From the NCBI RefSeq assembly GCF_018350175.1, contig NC_058368.1:178500001-178564000 (forward strand): 64,000 bases of DNA, written 5' to 3'. Both the position numbers and the translations under genes were made by a program. Of this stretch, positions 49,833 through 62,200 are shown in pieces. Position 1 is the stretch's first letter. Every line of letters starts with the position of its first letter. The stretch comes from Felis catus (taxonomy: Eukaryota). Under the pieces are notes generated by a model, which did no database searches, had not been told where the DNA came from, and was given only the letters and a program-made list of their open reading frames with translations.

Positions 49833-52800
49833 AAGCAGAATGGAAGAGAGGCTGGTCTCACATGACTCTCTCAAGACCCCACACTTCTCTCAGTGATCCT
49901 TGTTTTCTTTCCCAATTGTTCCCAAACCATTGGCTTAATAGTCCACTCAGCCACTCTAGAATTTGTCCAGGAGTTGACAGCATGCTTATTTATACAGAGC
50001 TTTGGAGTCCTCTCTTGCTATTAGTAATAAAAATCAGGCCATACCAAGAATCGTGTGACTCTTCTTGGTATTTAAGTAATTTTTCCTGTGACTCTATTGA
50101 CAACTCAAGTAGTCATATTCTTAGAAACCTCTTATACATACGTGTCTTTAAACACTGTTTCATACACCCTCCATTGAAATTCCCTGAGCCACAAGCCAGA
50201 ACTTCATTGATTTTGAGTAGCCAGAGCTTTCTGAGCTCCTGACCTTGTGTGAGCCTCTTCAGCATCTTGGATCATCACTCCCAGTTCTCAGACCTCACTC
50301 CTTGTGGGGAAGACGGGAATAAACCCAAACAGAGGGGGGTGTTGTTTGGCTCTCCATCAGATTATTTCCCCAAGTAGACTCAGCTATCAGTAATTTTTAC
50401 TCTTTCTCTCGGGCCACGTTCGAAAAGCTTTTTTCTCATTTTTACATTTTTGGGAGGTAAGTTTCAGCTGAGTGTGACCTTCTCCTTATGGCTCTGCATT
50501 ATGTGTTTTATTTGTCTTTGGAGAGGGAACCTGTAGAGAAGAAAGCTCACAAAAGTGAGAGTTTGAATCTGGATTGCCCGGGACCTTGGGCAGTTTATTG
50601 AATCTTGCTGGGTCTCAATGTTCTCAACTGGAAAACGAGCATAACATAGTTTGTTTTATAGATGGCTCGTGATGATTCGGTGCAGTATTGAATGGGGAGC
50701 GCTCAGCACTGTCCCCGGCGCAGAGAAAATGCTCCTCAAATGTTCATTCTCTCTTGGAACAAACATGTCTCTTTCCTCTGATTATACAGGTTCTTCTCTG
50801 TTTGAGCCCAGGGAGCTTCCTACTGCCCCCTTTCCTTAGTAGCAAATTCCCACTTCTCTTTCTTGCGAGTACCACTGAGGACCAACTTGCCTCTCTGTCC
50901 CTCTCAACCCATTTCTATCTGTACTCCATCTTAAAAATTTCTGCCACAAACAGACTGCCTGTCTTTACGTTGAACTTTCTTGAATCTGCTTGCATAATCT
51001 TAGCTCCTGAGGAAAAGTGTTACCTGCACACAGAGGCCACATCCCTGACTGGTTGAACCACTCAATGGCCGATGGGCCAGTGTCCACGAAAGCCTACTTC
51101 CTGGGAGTACTATCACCATCGACAACAATAGATCTGGCTGGAATAATCCTCCAAGTGTGAGGCAGGCAAATACTTTGGCCTAGAAATCAGGCTTAATTGG
51201 AAACAAAATTGTATTTCCATGCCAACTGCAGGACGCCTATATCCACAGCTAATTTATCAAGGTAATGCCTCATCTCCTGGAAGGCTCCTGGGAATAGAAT
51301 GGCTGCATCAGCAAAATTACCAGCTTGTATATGATGAGAAGAACTTTCTTGAAAGCACAACCTGAGCCCTTCAAGTCCCTCATTTGGGGTTTTGTGTACT
51401 TCTTGGCTTCCTCCTCTCCTCTGGGCCAGACACTCTGCCAAGACCTGGAGGTACGGATGCCAGTGGGAACCGTACTGCTCTCTGGCTGCCCCAGGCCAGA
51501 GGCAAGAAGAAAATCATGCTAGCAGAAGATTTCCAAGCCACAGAACTTCCCTTCGTTATCCGAGGGTTGAGTTGCTCAGGGAGGTAGACAGTATCATGGG
51601 TCACATCGTCGTTCAAAATCTGATTTCTATATTTAACACTGGTACTAATAGGTCACGATGCTCGAGGGTGTGTCAGACTCTTCACCCAGCCCTTTGTGCA
51701 CACTTATTCCATCCTCCAGGCAATCGTAGGGCATAAATACACTATGATATTTGTTACCCTCATTTTACTGACAAAGAACCCGAGGCCTAGGAAGTAAGTA
51801 GCTCGCTTCAGGTCACTGCTGCCCACTTAGCTTATTTCATAGCAAAGCCTATACCTTGAAGCACATTATAATGCTCCTTCATGTCCCCCCCCCCCACTTT
51901 TAATTTTAAAAATCTCCAACAATAAAAGAGTTGCAAAATTAGTACTAGGAGCATGTACTTAGTTCACAAATTGTTTTCAATATTTTGCCATATTTGCATT
52001 TTTTTCTCTTTGTTTGTGTGTGTGTGTGTGTGTTTCTGAATCATTTGAGAGTAGGTTCGGGGGCAGGGCGTAAAGCACAAGTCTGGTTTGGAAACCATGA
52101 GGGGACCAGTCTGGCTGGAGAAGAATGTGCTAATAGACAGGGAGCCATGATCAAAAGTGGGTTGAGGCCAGGGGCTGTGGGAGCCAGGCCTAGAAGTTCA
52201 GGGTGTGCTCCAGCGTGGACAGGAAGGCCGTGGTGTAGTGCCAGGGAAGGCACAACTTTCATTGAAGGTCTTGAGAAGAATTGAAAACCTGAAGATGTTT
52301 ATTCAGCAAATGATTTCTTTATGGTCTGATTAAATATACATGTTTATTGAAGACAACGTAGGTGATACAGATAAGTATCAGGAGGAACTTCAAAAAATAA
52401 CCCTTAAGTCCAACTAAAACCCATGCCAAGATTTCAGTTTATTTCTTTTCTATTTCCCTTTTCTGTGCACATATCTATTCACAGATTGGAACCTCATTGT
52501 ACATACAGTTTGGTACCCCCATTTTTTTTTTACCTAATAGAATTTCTGCTTGTTTTTAAGTAGTCCTCAAAATAATTTTTCAAAGATGTAATATTACTCC
52601 ATCAGGTAGATGAACCAAAATGTTGGTAACCCACTCTTTTTTAAACTGAAGTTTACATTATCTCCAGTTGTTCACTATTAAAATGTAATACCATGATGAA
52701 CACTCTTGCGTGATGGTCTCTGTGCACATGTCTGATGATCTGCTTAGAACGGATTTCTAGATGTAGGGCTCCAGGGTCAAAGAGTTGGGTGGACTATCTC

Positions 52801-55584
52801 TCTGTCTGGTTTGGAGGGGACAGGAGAGGGAGAAATGGGAAGAAATGCAGTTGGCAGGCAGCTGCAGCTAAGACATGAAGAGGGTTTAGACTTCAGGGAC
52901 AGTGCTGAGGATGGAAAGAGAATGACAGGAGAAAGAAATGACACTGGAAAGAAATGATAATAGGATTTAGTCGGCAAGATAACTTCAGGGTGCAAGACTG
53001 GGGACATATTGAGGGAAACAGAGAGAAATCAGGAGACAGAGGTCCGCTTTGTTTTTACAAGGGTTGAGTAGAGGCCACAGGAAGAAGGCATTTAAATAGA
53101 AGGGTTTATGATCTATCCTCCCTCCCTCCCTCCCTCCCTTCCTCTTTCCTTCCTTTCTTCACCCATCTTTTGAGCCCCTACTCTGTACCAGGCCTTGGGG
53201 TGAGTGTTGAACATTCTTAAATAACTAAGATATGGCCCCTGTCTCCCATGAGCTCACAGTTCAGCTGGGGAGTCTTCTGCAGGCCTAGAACATAAGAGAC
53301 AAGACAGAGCAAGGAAGGGAGATTTGGGAGGCCCTGCTACAGAAGAAGGCACAAGGTCAAGAGTGCAGGGTCACAGCTAAAGAGACAAGGGCCCTTGCCC
53401 TGTCTCAGCCTAAGTCACTGTGTGGACTTGTAGAGCCCATCTGCTGGGTGGCCACACCTCTTCATCCTTGTGTCCCTGGCTGCCAGCACCCAGACTCTGC
53501 CTCAAGGTACCTAGGTCAAGGGTGTTCCTTGCTCTGGCCTCAGTTTTCCCACCTGTACACCAAAGAGGTTGAGGGGTGGAGTGTTAGGAGAGCCTCATGC
53601 TGGCCACTTGCCCAAGTGGCCTCATCTTCCCTTCACATGCTGGCCACCACCAGGCTCTTGGCAGCTTGCTGAGGAGGACCTCAGAGTCCAAAGTACAAAG
53701 CACAGGCACTGGTTAGTGCTGGGGAGCCACATGCCAGCTTCCCTTCTACATCACAGGGCCCAGTGAGACAGGCCGGCAAGCAGTGGCAGGTCCTGTTTAG
53801 TTTCCGGCCTTCAGTTCACCACATTTGCTAAATGTCCTGCCAGAGCCCTTGAAGCTTTGAGATTTGGGGCCCAACTTCCTGCCTCCAGGGTGGAGGCGTC
53901 CTTAGGGGAGTCTGACCCAGGCCATAAGAGATGAACATTGAACATTCAGGTGTTAGGCTTCTGAAGCATATAGGGCTCAGGTTTCACTGCTGCCCGTCTA
54001 TCTTTCACCAGGGGGAGAGTGCTCACTCCTGAATGGGCAGGGCCAGGGGAGGGACTGGACTGAATGAGTTTTAAAGACTCTGGATGTTAAGCTCATTCTC
54101 TGGAGTGCTGGCCCTCCTGTCCCAACTGCCTAGAGTAAAACTCTGCCACTGGCTATCAGATTCTAGATAGGGAAAGGGAAGGCGAAGAGAATGTTGGAGA
54201 AATCTCTGACTCTCTTCTGGCCTACATGGGTGATTTTAGTCAACCAGCCATTTTCTGAGACCCAAGAGGTTTTGACTAGGCAACTGATGAGAGGAGACAT
54301 AACCTCAGTCCTTATAAACAGCAATAACACATAAAAGCAAAAACAGGTGATCATTTGTGAGCTCTTTATCCGACAAAGCATTGCATGAAACACTTATGTG
54401 CATGACCTCAATAAACCTGCAAGACTGATACTATTGTGTCCACTTTCCAGCAGAAAGCAAGACTCAAAGAGGTATGGAACTTCCGAAGGTCAAATGGCTT
54501 CCAAAGGGTAATAGTTGGCTTTAGAGTCTGATGAACCCCAAAAATCATGTTCCCAGAAAACCCTGGATTCCCAAGGGCTAGAGCACTGGGGTGGCGGGAG
54601 CCAGCCCTGTCTGTAGCCTCCAGGGGCCCTTGCGGGTGACTGGTCACTTCACATACCCACAGAGGAGCCTCTTAGCCGAATGGAGCAGAGGGCAGACTGG
54701 AAAATAAAAATAGTGCCAGTCCTTTCCCTGTGGCAACAGTACCCTCGTTCCGTGGGAAGAATAAATCAAAGATTAACTAAATGGCCCATAGCTGCAGTGA
54801 CAGGAAGGGACAGTTGTCAGGATGGGGGTGCTAAGGAGTCACACAAATGGCTCAAACCCTCATGCCCTATTGCAGGATTACTGGTGGGCTTACCAAAGGG
54901 TAAGTGTGGATGGACAGAGAGACATGGGAAGGTGGAATACAGAACCAGGCTCTTTAACAGGAAGGCAGGGCAGAGCCTCCGGGGAAAAAAAAAGATTCGG
55001 AGGCTCAGATTCAAGGCCAGTTTTGCTGCCTGCTTTCTGGGTGGTTTTCTCCTGGGCCTCGGGCTTCTCACCTGCCTTGTCAACCCCTCAGCTTCCACTG
55101 AGTCCTGCTATGTGTCAGGCTCTGCCTCAACTGCCAGGGAAGCGGTGATGGCCAGAACAGTCCCTGCCCTCACGTTCCCACTCTTAGTGGGCAAGCCAGA
55201 CCAGAAGCAAGTGAATCAATGTGTAATGTCATTGCATGAGCAGTGAATGTTATGCGGAAAAACAAGGTGGTGTCAGCAGACAGAAAGTGCCTGATCTGTG
55301 TTTGTGTGTGTGTGTTGGTGGGGGAGATGAGGAAGGGGTGCTGCCCAGGAGGGGATGTTCTAGACAGAGCCAGGTGAGCTCCAGTGTCCAGTGGAGGTGA
55401 CAGGAGCTGTGTGGGTCCAGAGGTTGACAGCGCTGGTGTGACTGGGGTGCAATGCAAGGAGAAGACCAAGCAAAGCCTGTCAGCCCCAGAGAAAAGTCTG
55501 CACTTGACCCCAGATGTGTCAAGAAACCACTGGAGGCAGAGTTGTGAGCAAGAGGATAATGGGATCTCTTTTGTATTTTAAAAA

Positions 55585-56000
55585 TATGGGAGCGGATGAA
55601 TAGCAATGACGAATGGATAAAAGAAATTATGGTATATCCATACACAGAACATTATTCAGCCTGTAAAAGGAATGGAATTCTGACGCTACGTGGATGAACC
55701 TTAAAAACATTGTTAAATGAAATAAGCCAGACACAAAAGGACAGATATGCAGTACCTAGAATAGGTTGATTTATACAGAAAGAAAGTGGCATGGTGGTTG
55801 CCAGCCCTGGGGGAGGGGGAACACAGAGTTGGTGTTTAATGAGGACACAGTTTCAGTTTGGGATGCTGAAAAGTTCTGGAGATGGATGGCGATGATGGTT
55901 GCACAACAGTGTGAATGTACTTAATGACACTGAATTGTACACCTAAAAATGGTAAAAATGGTAAATGTTATGTTGTGTATATTTACTACAAGAAAAAATA
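55585..56000 (+). mobile_element. Old L1 3' end (L1MB-like)
   Basis: gaatggataaa...gtggatgaacctta...aataagccagacacaaaaggaca...gatggttgcacaacagtgtgaatgtacttaatg. Confidence 0.85.
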
Positions 56001-56709
56001 TGGGAAAGGGTGCTATGCAGAGAATTGTCTCTGAGCGTAGATTACTTTTTTTTCTAGGGTTGCCATAACATGATACTACAGACTGGGTGACTTCATAGAA
56101 ATTTTTTTCTCATAGTTCTGGAGGCTGGAAGTCCAAGATCAAAGTCCTGATGGGGTTGAGACCTCTCTGGTGAGAACTCTGTCCTTTGCAGAAAACCACT
56201 GTGTTCTTGCTGAGTCCTCAGGTGGCCTTTGTTCTATGTATGCTTTTCTTTCTTTTTTTTTTTTTTCTATTTACACATGTATTTAATGAGGATGATTTTC
56301 TAATTCAATACATTTTTTAACTTTTTTTTTTTTTAATTTACATGCAAGTTAGTTAGCAGATAGTATAATAATGATTTCAGGAGTAGATTTCAGTGATTCA
56401 TCCCCTACATATAGCACCCAGTGCTCATCCCAGCAAGTGTCCTCCTTAATGCCCCTTGTCTATTTAGCCCATCCCCCCACCCACAACCCCTCCGGCAACC
56501 CCCAGTTTATTCTCTGTATTTAAGAGTCTCTTATGTTTTGCCCCTTCCCTGTTTTTATATTATTTTTGCTTCCCTTCCCTTAAGTTCATCTGTTTTGTAT
56601 CTTAAATTCCACATATGAGTTAAACCATATGATATTTGTCTTTCTCTGACTGATTTCACTTAACATAACACCATCTAGTTCCAGCCACGCCGTTGCAAAT
56701 GGCAAGATT

Positions 56710-56739
56710 TTATTCTTTTTGGTTGCCAAGTAATACTCC

Positions 56740-56775
<36 letters not shown>

Positions 56776-59240
56776 CCACTGCTTCTTTATCCATTTGTCA
56801 GTCGATGGACATTTGGGCTCTTTCCATACTTGGGCTGTTGTCAATAGCGCTGCTATAAAAATTGGGGTGCATGTACCCCTTCGAAATGGCACATCTGTAT
56901 CCTTTGGATAAAAACCTAGTAGTAGTTGCAATTGTTGGGTTGTAGGGTAGTTCTATTTTAAATTTTTTGAGGAACCTCCATACTGTTTTCCAAAGTGGCT
57001 GCACCAGTTTGCATTCCCACCAGCAGTGCAAAAGGGGTCCTCTTTCTCTGCATCCTCGCCAACATCTGTCGTTGCCGGAGTTGTTAGCTGTTCTGACAGC
57101 GATATCTCATTGCGGTTTAGATCTGTATTTCCTTGATGGTGAGTGATGTTGAGCATTTTTTCATGTGTTTGTTGGCTGTCTGGATGTCTTCTTTGGAAAA
57201 ATGTCTATTCACGTCTTTTGCTCATTTCTTCACTGGGTTATTTGTTTTTTGCGTGTTGAGTTTGATAAGTTCGTTATAGATTTTGGATACTAACCCTTTA
57301 TCTGATATGTCATTTTCAAATATCTTCTCCCATTCCGTCGGCAACCTTTTAGTTTTGCTGATTGTTCTTTTCACCATGCAAAAGTTTTTATCTTGATGAG
57401 GTCCCAATAGTTCATTTTTGCTTTTGTTTCCCTTGCCTCAGATGTGTTGAGTAAGACGTGTTGAGTAAGAAGTTGCTATGGCCGAGGTCAAAGAGGTTTT
57501 TGCCTGCTTTCTCCTCTAGGGTTTTGATGGCTTCCTGCCTTACATTTAAGTCTTTCATCTATTTTGACTTTAATTTTGTGTCTGGTGTAAGAAAGTGGTT
57601 CAGGTTCATTCTTCTGCATGTTGCTGTCCAGTTTTCCCAACACCATTTGCTAAAGAGACTGTCTTTTTCCATTGGATATTCTTTCCTGCCTTTTCAGAGG
57701 CTAGTTGGCCATATATTTGTGGGTCCATTTCTGGGTTCTCTATTCTGTTCCATTGATCTGTGTGTCTGTTTTTGTGCCAATACCATACTGTCTTGATGAT
57801 TACAGCTTTGTAATACATCTTGAAGTCTGGAATTGTCTGGAACTTTCTAATACATTTTGAAGTCCGGAATTTTCCTAGTTCTGTACAAATTTTAGGATTG
57901 TTTTTTCTAGCTCCGTGAAGAATGCTGGTTTTATTTTGATAGGGGTTGCACTGAATATGTAGACTGCTTTGGGTAATATTGACATTTTAACAATATTTGT
58001 TCTTCCAATTCATGAGCACGGAATTTTTCCATTTTTTTGTGTCTTCAATTTGTTTCATGAGCTTTCTATAGTTTTCATTGTATAGGTTCTCACCTCTTTG
58101 GTTAGGTTTATTCTTAGGTATTTTATGGGTTTTGGTGTAATTGTAAATGGAATTGATTCCTTGATTTTTCTTTCTGCTGATTCATTATTTGTGTATAGAA
58201 ATGCAACCGATTTCTGCACATTGATTTTATAACCCTGCAACTTTGCTGTATTCATGGATGAGTTTTAGCAGTTTTTTGGTGGAATCTTTTGGGTTTTCCA
58301 TATAGAGTATCATGTTGTCTGCTAAGAGTGAAAGTTTGACTTCTTCCTTGCCAATTTGGATGCCTTTTGTTTCTTTGTGTTGTCTGATTGCTAAGCCTAA
58401 GGCTTCTAGTACTATGTTGAATAACAGTGGCAAGAGTGGACATCTTTGTGGTGTTCCTGACCTTAGGGGGAAAGGTCTCAGTTTTTCCCCATTGAGGATG
58501 ATATTAGTGGTGGGTCTTTCGTATGTGGTTTTTATGACCTTGGGGTATGATCCTTCTATCCTTCCTTTCTTGAGGGTTTTTATCAAGAAAGGATGCTGTA
58601 TTTTGCCAAATGCTTTATCTACATCTATTGAGAGTATCATATGGTTCTTATTCTTTCTTTTATTAATGTGATGTATCACATTGATTGTTTTGCAGATATT
58701 GAACCAACCCTGCATCCCAGGTATAAATCCCACTTGTTTGTGGTAAATAATTCTTTCAGTGTATTGTTGGATCCAGTTGGCTAGTATCTTGTTGAGAATT
58801 TTTGCATCCATGTTTGTGAAGGAAATTGGTCTGAAGTTCTCCTTTTTAGTGGGGTCTTTGTCTGGTTTGGAATCAAGGTAATGCTGGCCTTGTAGAATGA
58901 GTTTGGAAGTTTTCCTTCCATTTCTATATTTTGGAACAGTTTCAAAAGAATAGGTGTTAACTCTTCCTTAAATGTTTGGTAGAATTCCCCTGGAAAGCCA
59001 TCTGGCCCTGGACTCTTGTTTTTTGGGAGATTTCTGATTACTAATTCAATTTCTTTACTGGTTATGGGTCTGTTCAAATTTTCTATTTCTTCCTCTTTCA
59101 GTTTTAGTAGTTTATATGTTTCTAGGAATTTGTCCATTTCTTCTATATTGCCCAATTTATTGGCATATAATTGCTCAGAATATTCTCTTATTTTTGCTTG
59201 TATTTCTGCAGTGTTGGTTGTGATCTGTCCTCTTTCATTT
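56710..59240 (-). pseudogene. Disrupted L1 ORF2 (reverse transcriptase and C-terminal region)
   Basis: Frameshifted pieces: [52 protein letters not shown] (degenerate FADD motif), [31 protein letters not shown]. Confidence 0.93.
56742..56770. repeat. (TG)n microsatellite within the L1
   Basis: About 14 TG units. Confidence 0.9.
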
Positions 59241-62200
59241 TGTGTGTGCTTTTCTTCTTAAAGGACACCAGTCCTATCTGATCAGGACCCCACCCTGTGA
59301 CCTCATTTAATCTTAATTACCTCTTTTAAGGTGTTACCTCCAAATACAGTTACATTGGGGGTTAGGGCTCCAACAAATAAATTAGGGGAAGTGGCACAGT
59401 TCAGTCCACAACAGGGGGTGACAGTGCTGAGAGATTTGACCTAGAGAGTGTTCCTTTAGCACTGCTTGGAATCTTCAGTCGCAGTCTTGGCTCTGTGACC
59501 TTGGTAAGTGATTCAACCTCTCCCACCCTCTCTTATCCTGGGAACAGTGAGCGTAGGTAACTTACAGCTAAGATTGGACTGAAGGTAGGGATTCTCAGAA
59601 AGCCCCAGCAAATAAATAACCCTCAAGGGATTATGGCAATTATTATTTTTTACATGATTCCTGTTGAGTGTGGAATGACAGGCTGCTGTTTCTGGGCTTG
59701 CAATGATGCATGGGCGGGGTTAACCAGCACAAGGATGCCAGTGAGTCCTGTGGCCCAGCGTGTCTCCTGTTGTCTCAGGCTCCGAATGACAGCTGGTTCC
59801 AAGCTGATGTTTGCAGATAGTGAGCAGCAAGCCTGGGCTTGGCTCTGCCTGCCAAGCAAAGATGTTTGAATGATGCCACCCAAACTGGTCCAGGGTTAAT
59901 CAAAAGATTACGGAAAGAAAATTAAGGCAGGCTAACCCCGGCCTTCCAGACACAAGCATCAGAATCACATCTCTCTCCCTGACTCCTGCCCAGTTCTCTG
60001 CCTCTGCTTCCAACCCACCTCCTTCCAGCAAGAAGTGGAAATTGGCCAGACTGGCATTAGAACAGGAAGGCTTGCAGGGTGGTGTTATTTTGTTTTGTTT
60101 TGTTTTTTTCCTTCCTGTGCTTGTAGTGTGAGCTGTCTGTCCAGGTCTCCCATAGTTTCTGTTGTTTGCCTGGAAAAGATGGCCCCCAATGTTGGTTTGC
60201 AGTATAGACGGGGGACTAGGGTGTCAGGGGAATTGTCCAGAATTGTGTTGCTTCAGTCAGAACAGAAGTCTTAACACCTTGATTTCTGAAAGAAATCTTG
60301 ACCAAACTGGGAAGGCATCAGCTTTGTCTTCATTGCTTTCCTATCCCGGATCTAAGTTTTAGAAATGGAAGGCATGAAATGAGGGGGGCAAAGCTGGAAC
60401 TTGGAGACAGACAGCCTGACTTCCACTTACAGCTCTGTCCCATGCTGGGTGTGTGACTCAGTGCCTGGCCTTCCCTTTCTGGGGCTCCAAATTTCTCATC
60501 TGTAAATGGACCTAACTGGAGCTCCCTCCTTCACACATTCTGGTGCCTGCACAGTGCTTAGAGCGGTGTCAGGCCCAGAGCGGGAGCCGTGATGGGAATT
60601 GTGATTATTGGTATCAAATCTTAAAACTTTAAAACTGGATGGGAACTTCAAAGTCAGAAACTCCCTCATTTTAGAGATGAAGAAACTGAGGCCCAGAGAA
60701 GATAGCCACCTGTTCAATGAGCAAATGTGAAGATTTGAATTTGAACTCAGGCTTGGCTCCAAAGCTGTTATTCACTGTAGGTCCAAGAACATGGACTGGA
60801 CATATGGTGGCTTTAACCAGAGAGAACCAGGGTTGGCTTTGTGTTCATGGCCTTCCTTCCACCCCAACAGGAGGCAGGCTTTCTTTTGCTTCCAGACTGG
60901 GGATCTGTGAGGAATACAGGGAGGGCAGACACTGGTGGTGGTAAACACCTTCCCTCACATCTTTTCCTGGCCTCCCTTCTATCCAGCTGGTCTGGGGAGC
61001 CTGTGTTATCTCATCTCTGCTTCCTTTCCTCTCCCCAACCCTCTGCCCTTCCATGGGGTCCTCAGAGCCTGGGTCCTCCTCCCTGCCCTCCTGGTTGTGG
61101 TGCAGATGGACACTGAGGGGACACTGGTCAGCTGTGGTGGACAGGCAGTGTGGGCCTGCTGCCGAGGGGCCAATCTCACAGAGCACATGAGAACTGGGAT
61201 GGAGGGGAGTCAAAGCCTTGGATTTGGTCTGGATTGCACTGATCCAACGTGTCATCAAGGTCATTCTGATTGATCGCATCTGTCACACTCCAGCACAGTG
61301 TTCAGAACAGCAAGATGAGACCAGGCCTCCAAAAGGAACTCCAGCTACATGGCCCGATGCTGTTGGGCAGGGAAGGCTTTCAGTCACTGTGTATTCAACA
61401 TGCATTGGACACTCAAAAAATGGAAGCCAAGCCCAACACATGAGCCTTTGTAGGGCTCATGTCCTCATGGGGCTTGGGTAGGAAACACATAAACCACTAA
61501 ATGGAAAGGATCATTTCAGCTGTTGACAAGTTTTTGATTACTGAAGTTGTAATCGAGAGTGATGGGGTCAGGGTGAGGGGGTGGCTTTGGAGGAGCAGCA
61601 CATCTGGAAAAGAGCTGGAAGAAGACTTGACGCGTAGCTTGCTCCTTTCAGCAATGCCTCCTTTCTCCTGGCTACCAGTGCAAGGTCTCATAACACGAGA
61701 AGAAGACAGGGCAGAACCTGGCCTCTACCAGGCAGCTGCTATGTGCTAGGTACTGTGTGTGTCACATGCGCCATCTCGTTCAGTCTTCTGGTAGCATCGT
61801 GTGCTAGGAATTACTGGCCCCACTTTCCAGAGGAGGACATAGACCTCGTCCAAAATGGGAAATACCTCGTCCAAGGCTATCCTGTGAGGCAGTGGCAGGA
61901 TTTGAACCCAGGGCTGGCTGGCTCCAGAGCCATTCTTTGGCTTTCCCTGCCTCTTGCTGCCTTCTTTCCTGGCTACATCACATGACCACCTCCACACTTG
62001 GGAATCAACAGCTCTCAAGGATTCTGTGCCTGGAAGATTCTGTAACCCTGTGAGGACTGGGGAAGGTGAAGGTCACACTGGCATGGTAAGTGACCTCCAG
62101 GTCTCTAAAGACCAGTTAAGACCTGACTTGATCCACTCCACCCTTGTCTTACTATTATAGCCCACAGTCCCTCCCCCCTGCCAGAGGGGCCCATTTCTAG

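Larger units (their letters stand above)
56251..59240 (-). mobile_element. 5'-truncated carnivore L1 (~3 kb): 3' part of ORF2, 3' UTR and poly-A
   Basis: Minus-strand ORF2 fragments, a 3' UTR and poly-T tracts at 56253-56266 and 56322-56334. Imperfect TSD tatgtatgcttttctt (56235-56250) / tgtgtgtgcttttctt (59241-59256). Confidence 0.96.
56040..59413 (-). mobile_element. MaLR LTR (MLT1A-like) split by an L1 insertion; halves at ~56040-56250 and ~59241-59413
   Basis: Left half: ctcatagttctggaggctggaagtccaagatcaa. Right half: aaggacaccagtc...gacctcatttaatcttaattacctc...tccaaatacagt.acattgggggttagg...ttcagtccacaaca. Confidence 0.8.

Noticed and set aside
54680..55246. 188-aa ATG-initiated ORF
   Set aside because: No recognisable domain, and it runs into MIR/L2-like sequence; consistent with chance.
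31765..56000. Similarity between 31765-32062 and 55585-56000 suggesting a segmental duplication
   Set aside because: Both are independent old L1MB-type 3' ends and their flanks are unrelated.
58227..59155. Reverse transcriptase ORFs as a possible novel RT system
   Set aside because: Ordinary frameshifted, 5'-truncated L1 ORF2 with a degenerate catalytic motif.
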